Part shown: positions 1-11,358 of the stretch, one piece after another
How the letters are laid out: each line of letters begins with the position of its first letter
Numbering within the stretch: position 1 is the stretch's first letter
Origin: Eledone cirrhosa
Lineage: Eukaryota
NCBI GenBank assembly: GCA_964016885.1
Contig: OZ024744.1
Span: 101,246,001 to 101,310,000 of the forward strand
Direction: 5' to 3'
DNA length: 64,000 nucleotides
The notes under the pieces: model-generated
What the model saw: only the letters and a program-made list of their open reading frames with translations
Databases searched by the model: none
Told to the model about the DNA's origin: nothing
Program-made: the position numbers and the translations under genes

Positions 1-136
1 GGTGGTGAGAACAGACCTCAGATCACTGAAGCTCACGGTGGAGATGATGAAGGACCGTGACAAGTGGAGAGATGTTGTGCTGAATAAGACCCATCCCACC
101 CTTGCAAGCAGGGAAGAGCGGACGTAAAATGATGAT
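1..136 (+). mobile_element. 3' end of RTE-clade LINE (short-3'UTR subfamily) with (GAT)n tail
   Basis: Near-identical to 16966-17105, the end of the RTE copy; ends ccttgcaagcagggaagagcggacgtaaaatgatgat. Confidence 0.85.
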
Positions 137-283
137 CATCATCATCATCATCATTTTACTTCTGCTTTTCCCTGCTTATGAGACATATAAACAAAGGATG
201 TATTTTAAGCTTTAAAGTGTTATTATATATTATTTCTGTTAAATGTTTATAGAAATAACATAGTGTCATTCTTCATTTAATAG

Positions 284-349
284 GCTGAAGAAAATAGAAA
301 AAATGCCTGCAAAGCATTTGAAGATTGTTCAAAGGTAGCACAGGATGAG
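284..349 (+). CDS. Internal exon of SNX-BAR sorting nexin (SNX5/6/32-like): AEENRKNACKAFEDCSKVAQDE
   Basis: Acceptor ttcatttaatag|G, donor GAG|gtaaat, 66 nt, phase 0-0. The peptide resembles, from recall, the SNX6 segment AETSQQLCCQKFEKISESAKQE and joins in frame to 26531. Confidence 0.7.
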
Positions 350-462
350 GTAAATGATATTTCAACTTATGTTACAAAGAAAAGAATATTTGCAAAATGA
401 AATATTTCAATTAAAATTAGTTGAAAAAAATCACTCTGAGACATTTAAAAATTTTAGGGATG

Positions 463-705
463 TATCATCATCATCATCATCATCATCATCACTGTTTAAC
501 ATCCATTTTTCCACATTAACATGGTTTAGACGAGTTATCCTGTTGTGAGACAAGTCAGATCAGATGACCATGTCTTTCTCATATAGATCTATGCCCTTCC
601 TAATCTATGCCCTTCCTAATGCCAATTTTATTTACAGTGTAGACTGGGTGCTTTTTGTCTTTGTCGTGATACCGACACAACCACTTTACAGTGTGGACTG
701 GGGGC
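463..705 (-). mobile_element. Degraded RTE 3'UTR/tail fragment
   Basis: (tca)n tail followed by gtttaacatccattttt and atgcccttcctaat, the reverse complement of the shared RTE 3' end. Confidence 0.65.
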
Positions 706-742
706 TTCACTGGATGTATACTTCAGCTTGTCCTCATGGTAA

Positions 743-1183
743 ATCATCATCATCATCATCTTCGTTTAATGTCCATCTTCCACGCTAGAGTTGTCCCACT
801 TGAGGCAAGGTTGGTCGGGTGACCATGTCTCGCTAATATAGGACTGTCTGGCAGGTTTTCTACGGCCGGATGCCCTTCCTAACACCAACCACATTTACAG
901 TGTGGAACTGGGAACTTTTTACCATGTTACCTACACAGCCACATTACAGCATGGACTGTGTGTTTTTTTGTTGTGACACCTACACGGCCTCATTATCTCA
1001 TTTATTTGGACTGAATGTTGTGGTACCAACTTTACAGAGAGAGGGTGGCGTTGGTGGGAGTGGAGGATAGGGTAGGTGTAGTGGATTGGGGTGTATATTT
1101 GGTTGAGAAGTGCCTACTGAATGTAGGTTTCGCTTTGTACATAGGCAAGGTGGGCCTTCTGTATTACTGCATAGCGCCAAGAG
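743..1183 (-). mobile_element. RTE LINE 3' end (last codons + long 3'UTR)
   Basis: Colinear with 7371-7800 and with the reverse complement of 6915-7340. Confidence 0.8.
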
Positions 1184-1267
1184 AAAGGCAAATATATGTA
1201 AATATATTAAATATAGAGGAGTCTTGCTATAAATATTTTAAGCTGTGTGTGTATACACACACAAATA

Positions 1268-1305
<38 letters not shown>

Positions 1306-2105
1306 CAAGAAAGTACGTCCATTGAATCATTTGATAAAATATATACAGTATTTCCTCTCCCAATCAGCATAATCAACCACACAAAAAATCAATTAAACCA
1401 GGCGATAAGATTAAAAGGCAACTATGAAGAAATAATAGATAAATAAATGATAGCTATTTTATTCGCGATCAACAGCCACAGAATATTTACCCTAATAGCC
1501 ATATTTACTTTATGTATATGTAAATCTATATATTTTATAATCTCCCATATGGTTGAGAAACAATTTAGGCAGTATTCGGCTGCGCTTTCTAGCAACCAGC
1601 CCACTCGCCATAAGGCACCAATCACAAACTTTCTGACTTGACCACTAGCCACGTCACAGTTCTTAGCCATTTTGAATTCATTTCTGGCGGGGATCATTTA
1701 AGAAAAATCTTTGTCCAATTGAGTTTGTGTCTTGATGATTTCGAAACTCGTGAATTTATCCTTGATCGTATATTTCCAAAAAGCAAATGAAACCTCATGG
1801 GGTAGAGACATAATTTTGGTATGCTTATATACATTTTTTCTTCTAACTTTGATTTTGTACCTAATTGTGTATGGATTGGCTATATATCTAATCGATTTCC
1901 ACGGGCTTTTAGAAATACTGGGTAAATCTTCTGTGGCTGTTGATCGCGAATAAATTAGCTATCATTTATTTATCTATTGTTTCTTCATAGGTGCCTTTTA
2001 ATCTTATAGCCTTGTTTAATTGATTTTATGTGTCGTTGATTATGCTGATTGGGAGAGGAATAGTGTATATATTTTATCACATTATTCTATGGACGTACTT
2101 TCTTG
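1306..2105. mobile_element. Non-autonomous DNA transposon with ~185-bp terminal inverted repeats, TA-flanked
   Basis: 1306-1491 (caagaaagtacgtcca...atttaccc) is the imperfect reverse complement of 1920-2105; TA on both sides; no ORF with transposase motifs. Confidence 0.8.
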
Positions 2106-2221
2106 TATATTGCTCTGATTATTGATTATCTAATTAATTCGTCATTGAGCCACACCGTGAATGGTTGCCAAAAACACATATATATATATCTATGGCTCTG
2201 TCTAGTTTATGTATATTTAAA

Positions 2222-2256
<35 letters not shown>

Positions 2257-2424
2257 AGTGAATTTCCAACTGATAAGGTATGATTTTCATGGGTACGTCT
2301 CTATTTATAAAACAAACTTTGTATTTTATCTGATGAAAGTGTACCAATGTTGTCTTGGTACCCTTGAAATATATATAATAAAGTAAATATGGTTTTATAA
2401 ATATAGTTTCCATTTATTTAATAC

Positions 2425-2472
<48 letters not shown>

Positions 2473-2489
2473 GTAAAAAGGAAAAAAAC

Positions 2490-2610
2490 AGTAGAAAATG
2501 CTAAAGGGATTTTCTCTCAGAATAACAGCAAAACATTTATTTACAAAATAGGAATTTCCGCATTATTTGTACCAGTTTCAGCTTGTAGGCTTCTTCATAC
2601 GACGGAAGTG
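2490..2610 (-). mobile_element. Possible Penelope-like element terminal-repeat remnant with degenerate minimal hammerhead motif
   Basis: Minus strand reads ATGAAGA-agc-ctacaa-gct-GAAAC-tggtac, followed by AATAAA; C of the CUGANGA core is not present. Confidence 0.35.
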
Positions 2611-2823
2611 TATAATGTAATTAAATTGCATATTAATAAGAACAAGAAGAATATGGGAAAAAAATGTTTTTTCATACATATATATAGAGAAAAGTTCACA
2701 TTTTTGTCTGTAGTTTTCTTTCTTTCTCTCTTGGTGTTGACCTTAGCTGTGTCACCATTAATAGTGGAAGTAGCAGGGAAGAATCAGTCCATTCTGTTTA
2801 AGCTGTTGTGTGTGTGTGTGTGC

Positions 2824-2856
<33 letters not shown>

Positions 2857-2877
2857 CACACACACATGTGTGTATCA

Positions 2878-5020
2878 ATGGCATGATGGGGGAAGTAGAG
2901 AACTCTACCAGGTAGCTAGGAGACAAGTGTACATTGCAAGAAGGGAAGCAGAAGATAAAAAATGTAAGCATGTTCTGCAACGCCATAGGTGTGAGGTGTT
3001 CAGGATTGCGAGGCAATGTGTCAAGAAAAGTTGTGATGTTGGGAAGAAGTGTGTCTGTGATGATAACGGAGTACTTGCCCTCACTGATACTGAAAAGAAG
3101 TTAGCATGGAAGTGCCACTATAAAAGACTACTAAATGAAGAGAATGAACGGGATGTAGTTAGTTTGCCCCAAGTTGACCCAACAGAGGGGCTGGCTGTGA
3201 AAGTTAGTAATAGTATAGTAAGTAAGGCAATCAATGATATGAAGACAGGCAAGGCAGCTGGGCCTTCAGTGATAGTTGCTGAAAGCATCTGGGATGGTGG
3301 GACACACCATAGTCACCCGTATGGTAACCAAGTAATACAAAATAGGGTCATACCCAATGACTAGTACAGTAGCATCAATGTCAACTGTTACAAGCGAAAA
3401 GGAGATGCTCTAGACAGAGAAAACTATAGAAGCATTAAGTTAGTTGACCAGGTCATGAAAGTCATAGGGACAGAATTAAACTTGATGAAATGCAGTTTGG
3501 ATTTGTGCCAGGTAAAAGTACCATGGATGCCCTCTTCCTTGTGAGACAACTGCAAGAGAAGAACCTAGCTTAAAGTAAACCCCTCTACTTAATTAAAAGC
3601 CTTTGACAGAGCCCCCCGCTCCATTATCTGGTGGGCTCTCAGAAAACTAGGAGTAGATGAATGATTTGTGAAAGCTATACAAGCGATGTATAGAAGAATA
3701 GTCAGCAAGGTTAGAATTAATAGTGAAGAATTTAATGTACAGGTAGGTGTGTATCAGGGCTCCATCCTTAGCCCTACAGGCTTCAGGAAGAAAGAGTTTA
3801 AGACTGACTGCCTGTGAGAACTTCTATATGCTGATGATCTAACTCTCAGAGCTGATTCTATGGCAGATTTAGAGAAATTCCAAACCTGGAAGTATGGTCT
3901 AGAATCAAAAGCTCTTAAAGTTAACTTATCAAATATCAAAGTCCTAGTATGTAGAAAGGAAAAGAGGGTCCAGATCCCCACTAGGAAATGGTCTTGCTCA
4001 GTGTGCAGGAAAGGAGTAGGTAGAAATTTCATCCTGCGTCCCAAATGCAAGCTATGGATACATAAAAGATGTAGTGGGATCACAGGCAGCCTACCAAAGA
4101 ACGTAGGCTTTATATGCAGCCGATGCTCAGGTACAGTAACAAAAACCCACAGGACACTTGCTCCTTCAACTGCCCAGACAGTACTATAGAAATAGTCGAC
4201 TCTTTCCATTACCTGAGTGATGAAATCAGTAGTGGAGGAGGGTGTTCCAAAAGTACAGTAGCTAGAGTAAGAAAGTTCAGGGAGCTATTACCGCTGTTGG
4301 CCACAAAAGGTTTTTTCCTTAAAATGAAGGGTAGATTGTATGATGCTTGTATACAAACAGCAATGTTACATGATAGTGAGACCTGGTGACTGTGTGCAGA
4401 GGATCTGCGAAGATTGGAAAGATATGAAGCATACATGCTCCGATGGATGTGTAATAGTAATATACATGAACAATAATGTGTAAATGAACTAAGAGAGAAA
4501 TTAGGCATAAGAGGGATCAGATGCAGTTTACTAGAGAGTAGATTGCGCTGGTATGGTCTTGTTATGCGTATGAAGGACGACAGCTGTATAAAAAGGTGCA
4601 GAGTGATCAAAATTGATGGAAGCCTTGGAGTAAGAAGACCTGGGATCAGGTGATAAAAGCTGACCTTGCGCAATTGGATCTCGAAGTCAAGGACACAGGA
4701 TTGAGATTTTTGGCGTACCCACAATAATACAGAAGACACACCTTCCCATGCCTACAGACTCAAACATACACCTAGTAGGCACTTCTTAACCACTGTACCC
4801 CCTTCCCAGCCACTCCTGTCCACACTGTAAAGTAGGAGCCACAGCAAAAAGTATCCAGCCCACACTGTAAATGTGGTTGGCATTAGGAAGGACATCCAGC
4901 TGTAGAAACCAAGCCACAGACAGTTCTGTATAAGTAAGACACGGTCACATGACCCAACCTGCTTCAAATGGAACAACCCGTCTAACCCATGGAAAATGGA
5001 CGTTAAACGATGATGATGAT
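2878..5020 (+). mobile_element. 5'-truncated, decayed RTE LINE (RT, PHD insert, 3'UTR, GAT tail)
   Basis: ORF fragments MKTGKAAGPS, LDEMQFGFVPG, LYADDL, CSVC..CKLWIHKRC..CSRC, MLHDSETW; many stops. Confidence 0.9.
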
Positions 5021-5060
<40 letters not shown>

Positions 5061-5225
5061 TATATGTGTATATATATATATGTGGGTGGGTGTGTGTATG
5101 TATATATATATATATATATATACGTATATATGTGTATGTGTATATGTATATGTGTATATTTATATATATATATATGTGTGTGTGTATATATATATATATA
5201 CGTATATATGTGTATATTTATGTGT
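5021..5225. repeat. (TA)n/(TG)n compound microsatellite
   Basis: Direct reading; lies between two tail-to-tail RTE ends. Confidence 0.95.
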
Positions 5226-5883
5226 ATCATCATCATCATCGTTTAACGTTCATATTCCACGCTTGCATGGGTTTGGACGGGAGTTTTCCCACTTGAGGCA
5301 AGAGTTGTTGTCTTGCTCGCATAGGACTGTCTGGCGGGTTTTCTATGGCTGGATGCCCTTCCTAACACCAACCACATTTACAGTGTGGGGCTGGGAGGTT
5401 TTTACCGTGTTGCCTACACGGCCACATTTCACTTTGTACTTAGGTAAGGCGGGTCTTCTGTATTACTGTGTAGCGCCAAAGATCTCGGTCCAGTGACATT
5501 GTCTTGGAGAGGTGTAAGCGTGTGAGGTCGGAATTTATCAAGTCGCCCCAGGTTTTTCTGGGTCTGCGTACTCCGTAGCTACCGTCTATCTTTATTACCC
5601 TGCACTTTTTTATACAGCTGTCGTCTTTCATGCGCATCACGTGACCATACCAACGTAGCCTTCTCTCGAGTAAACAACATCTGATCCCTCTTATTCCTAA
5701 TTTCTCCCTTAGTTCGTTTATGCTTTGCCGTTCACGTATATTACTATTACACATCCAGCGGAGCATGCAAGCTTCGTTCCTCTCCAGTCTGCATAGATCC
5801 TCTGCACACAATGCCCAGGTCTCACTGCCATGTAACATTGCTGTTCTGACTCTAGCTACTGTACTTTCAGAGCACCCTCGCCC
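5226..5883 (-). mobile_element. 5'-truncated RTE LINE (C-terminal ORF + internally deleted 3'UTR)
   Basis: ORF 5440-5838 MLHGSETW...RLRWYGHVMRM...KTRLT*, highly similar to 7762-8290. Confidence 0.92.
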
Positions 5884-5885
5884 TC

Positions 5886-5944
5886 TATGTGTATATTTAT
5901 ATATATATATCTATATATATATATCTTGTATATATGTGTGTGTG

Positions 5945-6013
<69 letters not shown>

Positions 6014-6060
6014 ATGTATGTATATATATATATGTGTATATTATTATATATATATATATA
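5886..6060. repeat. (TA)n microsatellite
   Basis: Direct reading. Confidence 0.95.
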
Positions 6061-7341
6061 GCCCTTCAGGCTATAACAGAGGAGTTCAAGACCGGCTGCC
6101 CATGGGAACTCCTATATGCAGATGATCTAACGCTCATAGCTGAATCAATGGCTGAACTAGAGAAGAAATTCCAAACATGGAAGCATGGCCTAGAATCAAA
6201 AGGCCTTAAAGTTAACTTGTCTAAAACTAAAGTTCTAGTTTGTAGGAAGGAAAATAGGGCACTGGTCCCATCTGGGAAATGGCCATAACTAAGAATATAG
6301 ATTTTATATGTGGCCGGTGCTCTGGTGCAATAAGTAGCAGCAAGTGCCCACAGAATACTAACTCATTCCATTGCACAGATGGTTCTATAGAAATAGTGGA
6401 CAGCTTCCGTTACCTGGGGGATAAAATCAGCAGTGGGGGAGGGTGCTCTGAAAGTACAGTAGCTAGAGTCGGAACGGGATGGAAAAAGTTCAGAGAGCTT
6501 ATACCACTATTGGCCGCTAAAGGGTTCTCTCTAAAAATGAAAGGCAGGCTGTATGATGCCTGCATACGAACAGCAATGTTACATGGCAGTGAGACCTGGG
6601 CATTGTGTGCAGAGGATATACACAGACTGGAGAGAAATGAAGCTTGCATGCTCCGCTGGATGTGTAATAGTAATATACGTGAACGGCAAAGCATAAACGA
6701 ACTAAGGGAGAAATTAGAAATAAGAGGGATCAGATGTTGTTTACTCGAGAGAAGACTACATTTGTATGGTCACGTGATGCGCATGAAAGATGACAGCTGT
6801 ATAAAAAAGTGCAGGGCAATAAAAATAGGCAGACCCAGAAAAACCTGGGTTGACTTGATAAATTCCGACCTCACACACTTACACCTCTCCAAGACAATAT
6901 CACTGGACGGAGATCTTTGGCGCTACACAGTAATAGAGAAGACCTGCCTTACCTAAGTGCAAAGTGAAACCTACTACAGTCAGTAGACACCTCTAACAAA
7001 ATACACCCCTGTCCCACTACCCCCACCCCATCCACACCCCCCCTTTCATTGTAAAGTTATGTTGGTACCACAACATCCAGCCCGAAACAAATGAGGTCGT
7101 GTAGGTGTCACGACAAAAAAACACAGTCCACGCTGTAATGTGGCCATGTAGGTAACACGTAAAAAACTCCCAGTTCCACACTGTAAATGTGGTTGGTGTT
7201 AGGAAGGGCATCCAGCTGTAGAAAACCCGCCAGACAGTCCTATGCGAGCAAGACAACCACTCTTGCCTCAAATGGGAAAACTCCCGTCCAAACCCATGCG
7301 AGCGTGGAATATGGACGTTAAACGAAGATGATGATGATGAT
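6061..7341 (+). mobile_element. 5'-truncated RTE LINE, same subfamily as 7371-11160, most of PHD deleted
   Basis: [23 protein letters not shown]...[16 protein letters not shown]...KTCLT*, then the long 3'UTR and (GAT)n tail. Confidence 0.93.
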
Positions 7342-7761
7342 ATGTGTGTGTTATGTGTATGTATGTATATATCATCATCATCATCATCATCGTTTAACGT
7401 CCATGTTCCACGCTTGCATGGGTTTGGACGGGGGTTTTCCCACTTGAGGCAAGAGTGGTTGTCTTGCTCGCATAGGACTGTCTGGCGGGTTTTCTACAGC
7501 TGGATACCCCTCCTAACACCAACCACATTTACAGTGTGGGGCTGGGAGGTTTTTACCGTGTTGCCTACACGGCCACATTACAGCGTGGACTGTGTGTTTT
7601 TTTGTCGTGACACCTACACGATCTCATTTGTTTCGGCCTGGATTTTGTGGCACCAACATAACTTTACATTGAAAGGGACGGTGTGGATGGGGTGGGGGTG
7701 GTGGGACGGGGGTGTATTTTGTTAGAGAGTCCTACTGACTGTAGTAGGTTCTACTTTGTAT

Positions 7762-10700
7762 TTAGGTAAGGCGGGTCTTCTCTATTACTGAGTACCGCTA
7801 AAGGTCTCGGTCCAGTGACATTGTCTTGGAGAGGTGTGTGTGAGGTCGGAATTTATCAGCTCGTCCCAGGTTTTTCTGGGTCTACCTACTCCGTGGCTAC
7901 CATCTATCTTTATTGCCCTGCACTTTGCTATACAGCTGTCGTCTTTCATGCGCATCACGTGACCATACCAACGTAGCCTTCTCTCGAGTAAACAACATCT
8001 GATCCCTCTTATTTCTAATTTTTTCCTTAGTTCGTTTATGCTTTGCCGTTCGCGTATATTACTATTACACATCCAGCGGAGCATGCAAGCTTCGTTCCTC
8101 TCTAGTCTGCGTATATCCTCTGCACACAATGCCCAGGTCTCACTGCCATGCAACATTGCTGTTCGTATGCAGGCATCATACAACCTGCCTTTCATTTTTA
8201 GAGAGAACCCTTTAGCGGCTAATAGTGGTATAAGCTCTCTGAATTTTTTCCATCCAGTTCTGACTCTAGCTACTGTACTTTCAGAGCACCCTCCCCCACT
8301 GCTGATTTTGTCACCCAGGTAACGGAAGCTGTCCACTATTTCTATAGAACCCTCTGCGCAATTGAAAGAGCTAGTATTTTGTGGGCACTTGCTGCTACTT
8401 ATTGCACCAGAGCACTGGCCACATGTAAAATCTGTGTTCTTAGTTAGCTTACCTGTGATCCCACTACATCTTTTATGCACCAATACTTTGCATTTGGGAC
8501 ATAAAATGGAGTTTTTACCTATGCCTTTCCTACACACTGGGCATGGCCATTTCCCGGAAGGGACCGGTGCCTTATTTTCTTTCCTACAAACTAGAACTTT
8601 AGTCTTAGCCAGGTTAATTTTAAGGCCTTTTGATTCTAGGCCATGCTTACATGTTTGGAATTTCTTCTCTAGCTCGGCCATTGATTCAGCTATGAGCGTT
8701 AGATCATCTGCGTATAGGAGTTCCCATGGGCAGCCGGTCTTGAACTCCTCTGTTATAGCCTGAAGGGCAATAATAAATAGTAGGGGGCTAAGAACAGAGC
8801 CCTGATGGACACCAACTTTTACGCTAAACTCTTCACTATATTCATTGTTAATTCTAACCTTGCTCACTGTTTCTTTATACATGGCTTGTATAGCTCTCAC
8901 AAGCCATTCGTCAACACCTAGTTTTCTAAGAGCCCACCAGATATTGGAACGGGGGACTCTGTCGAAGGCTTTCTCCAAGTCAACAAAAGCTAAGTATAGG
9001 GGTTTACTTTTAGCTAGGTACTTCTGTAGTTGTCGTACAATGAAAAGAGCGTCTGTGGTACTTTTGCCTGACACAAACCCGAACTGCATTTCATCTAGAT
9101 CGATTCTCTCTCTGATTAGTTGCACTATTACTTTTTCCGTGACCTTCATGACCTGGTCGATTAATTTAATGCCTCTATAGTTACTCCTATCTAGGGCGTC
9201 TCCTTTACCCTTGTAACAGTTAATGATGATGCTGCTACGCCAGTCCTTCAGAACAACCCTATTCTGTATGACTTGGTTTACTATCCGGGTGACCATGGTG
9301 TGTCCCACCGTTCCAGAGGCTTTCAGCATCTCAGCAACTATTTCCGAAGGCCCAGCCGCCTTACCCGTCTTCATATCTTTGATTGCCTTACTTATTATAC
9401 TACCTTCGACTAACGCTGCTGGTCCCTCTATTGGGCCGATGTGGGGGAGACTGTCTTTCTCCCATTTATTCTCCTCATTTAGTAGCCTTTCGTAGTGACA
9501 CTTCCAAGCTACCTTCTTATCAGCGTCAGTGATGGCAAGTACACCATCATCATTAAGTACACACTTCTCCCCGACAATATCACGGTTTTCCTTGACACAT
9601 TGCCTAGCAATCCTGAACACCTCACGTTTTTGGTCCTCGCATTGTAGAACATGCTTGAACTTTCTTTCCTCTACTTCCCTTCTTGCGAAGTACACTTGTC
9701 TCCTAGCTTCCCTCCTGGTCACTTAATAGTCTTCTCTACTTCCCCCATCCCGCCATACTTTCCAAGCCTGCTTTTTGGTCTTAATTGACTCCTCCACCTT
9801 ACTGTTCCACCACCATGTTACTCTCCTCCTGCCTATAGGCCTGCTCCAGCCACAGACTTCGTCTGCCACCATCAGCAGGTTTGCTTTCAAGAATTCCCAC
9901 TGTTCCTCTATATTGTACGACTCTAAATGCTCTTCCTTACTGTCAAAAGCATCAAGTAATATGCTTTTAAATTTATTTCTGGCTGTGGGGTCCTTTAGCT
10001 TCCATATTTTTCTCCTGAGGATAGTCCTCTTCTGCTGTCGAGTACGTCTCGTCCTGACTATGAGGTCGCTAATTATCAGTCTATGTTGGGAGGTGCATTC
10101 TTCATGGGGGAGGGATTTAGTGTTTACAACAGACACTCTGTCACGTCTTCTGGTAAGGATATAATCTACCTGGCTGGTATGTTCCCCTGATCTGTAGGTG
10201 ATCAAGTGATTGTCTCGTTTTTTGATGTTAGTGTTACAGATAGTTAGGTTATTTGCGTCACAGAATTCCAGGATTCTGGAGTCTTCCTCATTTCTAGTAC
10301 CAAACCCATAGCCTCCGTGGATTTCATCATAGCCGTCACAATGTTGTCCAACGTGACCATTTAGGTCGCCAGCAATAATTATATAGTCACTGTCGGTTAT
10401 TTGGGAGGTAGTGAGCATCAGTGTCTCATAGAAACTATCTTTTATAGCGCCAGGCAGTCCGGATTGGGGCGCGTATGCCGATATTACTGTCACAGTAGTT
10501 CTATTTAGAACAAGTCTTATTTTAATTATTCTGTCATTCACTCTATTTATGTCTATTATCTTATCCACCCATTTTTCTGCTAACATGATCCTACCCCACC
10601 CAGTCCATTGTCATTTCCCACCCAGAAAAGCTTATAGCATCGTTTTTTACCCACAATGAATCTAGCAGACCCGCCCCTCCACCTGGTCTCTTGGATACAG

Positions 10701-10900
10701 CAAACATCAACCTCCTTACGTTCAAGTATTTCTACAACCTCGTTAGAGCGGCCTTTTAAGGTGCCTACATTCATGGTACCAACTCTGAAGTTTTGGATTG
10801 CGTTTGGTGGGTGGGGTGCAGGGAGGGGTGAGGTGGATGGGGTTGTGGTTATGTTGGCCATCCGCGGCCGCAACAAAGAGGAGGGGCCTTGCCCTTTCAT
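7762..10900 (-). pseudogene. Disrupted single EN-RT-PHD ORF of the RTE element
   Basis: ATG at 10900; frameshift ~10585 (GVG/IMLAEKW); in-frame TAA at 9723-9725; frameshift ~7835; ancestral stop at 7762-7764 by comparison with the 5440 copy. Confidence 0.88.
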
Positions 10901-11037
10901 CCGGCAGCATGAGGTGAATTTGTCGTTATCTTTGGCATTGTCTTCGGGTGTCCAGATTCTTCAGACTCTCCAGAAATTCCTTAGTCCATCCATCATATCG
11001 AGAAGCAACCAGAAGTGATAGCATAGGCCGTTGACTT

Positions 11038-11117
11038 GTGATTGGTCCAAATAAGGTGGAGAGTGGGGGCGGGAGGGAGGGGTATGGGGTAGTTTGCTAG
11101 GAGCAGGCTTATTTATA
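11038..11117 (-). promoter_or_regulatory. Candidate internal Pol II promoter in RTE 5'UTR (TATAAATA, GC box, CCAAT box)
   Basis: Minus strand: TATAAATA (11117-11110), CCCGCCCC (11073-11066), GGACCAATCAC (11048-11038). Confidence 0.4.
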
Positions 11118-11169
11118 TTTGGTGCGTAGGGAGTGAGAGGGAGTGAGAGAGCGATGTATATGATAGAGT

Positions 11170-11213
11170 GAGGTATATATATATATATTTATATATATAT
11201 ATATACATATATT

Positions 11214-11249
<36 letters not shown>

Positions 11250-11358
11250 CATATTATATATACATATTATATATATATACATATTATATATACATATTAT
11301 ATATATATATATATACATATTATATATACATATTATATATATGTACATTTTATATATA
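11170..11358. repeat. (TA)n-derived array with catat/catta interruptions
   Basis: Direct reading; separates two head-to-head RTE 5' ends. Confidence 0.95.

Larger units (their letters stand above)
7371..11160 (-). mobile_element. Apparently full-length RTE-clade LINE (5'UTR, APE endonuclease, RT with PHD insert, 3'UTR, GAT tail)
   Basis: Consecutive ORF pieces: GTMNVGTL/CIQETRW, SAYAPQ, GDLNGHVG, SQVDYIL/SQHR (APE), then QFGF, FVDLEKAFD, GVHQGSVLSP, YADD (RT). Confidence 0.95.

Noticed and set aside
4949-6125. YI/IY-rich ORFs in the track
   Set aside because: Translations of (TA)n/(TG)n microsatellites; likewise 11168, 20703 and 46933.
7785-9722. Active, intact retrotransposon ORF
   Set aside because: Upstream stop (9723) and frameshifts (~10585, ~7835) plus small codon deletions break the ancestral ORF.
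9723-9725. Programmed readthrough between EN and RT
   Set aside because: The sister copy reads EGYTAAKREAR with no stop at this position, so it is a copy-specific nonsense mutation.
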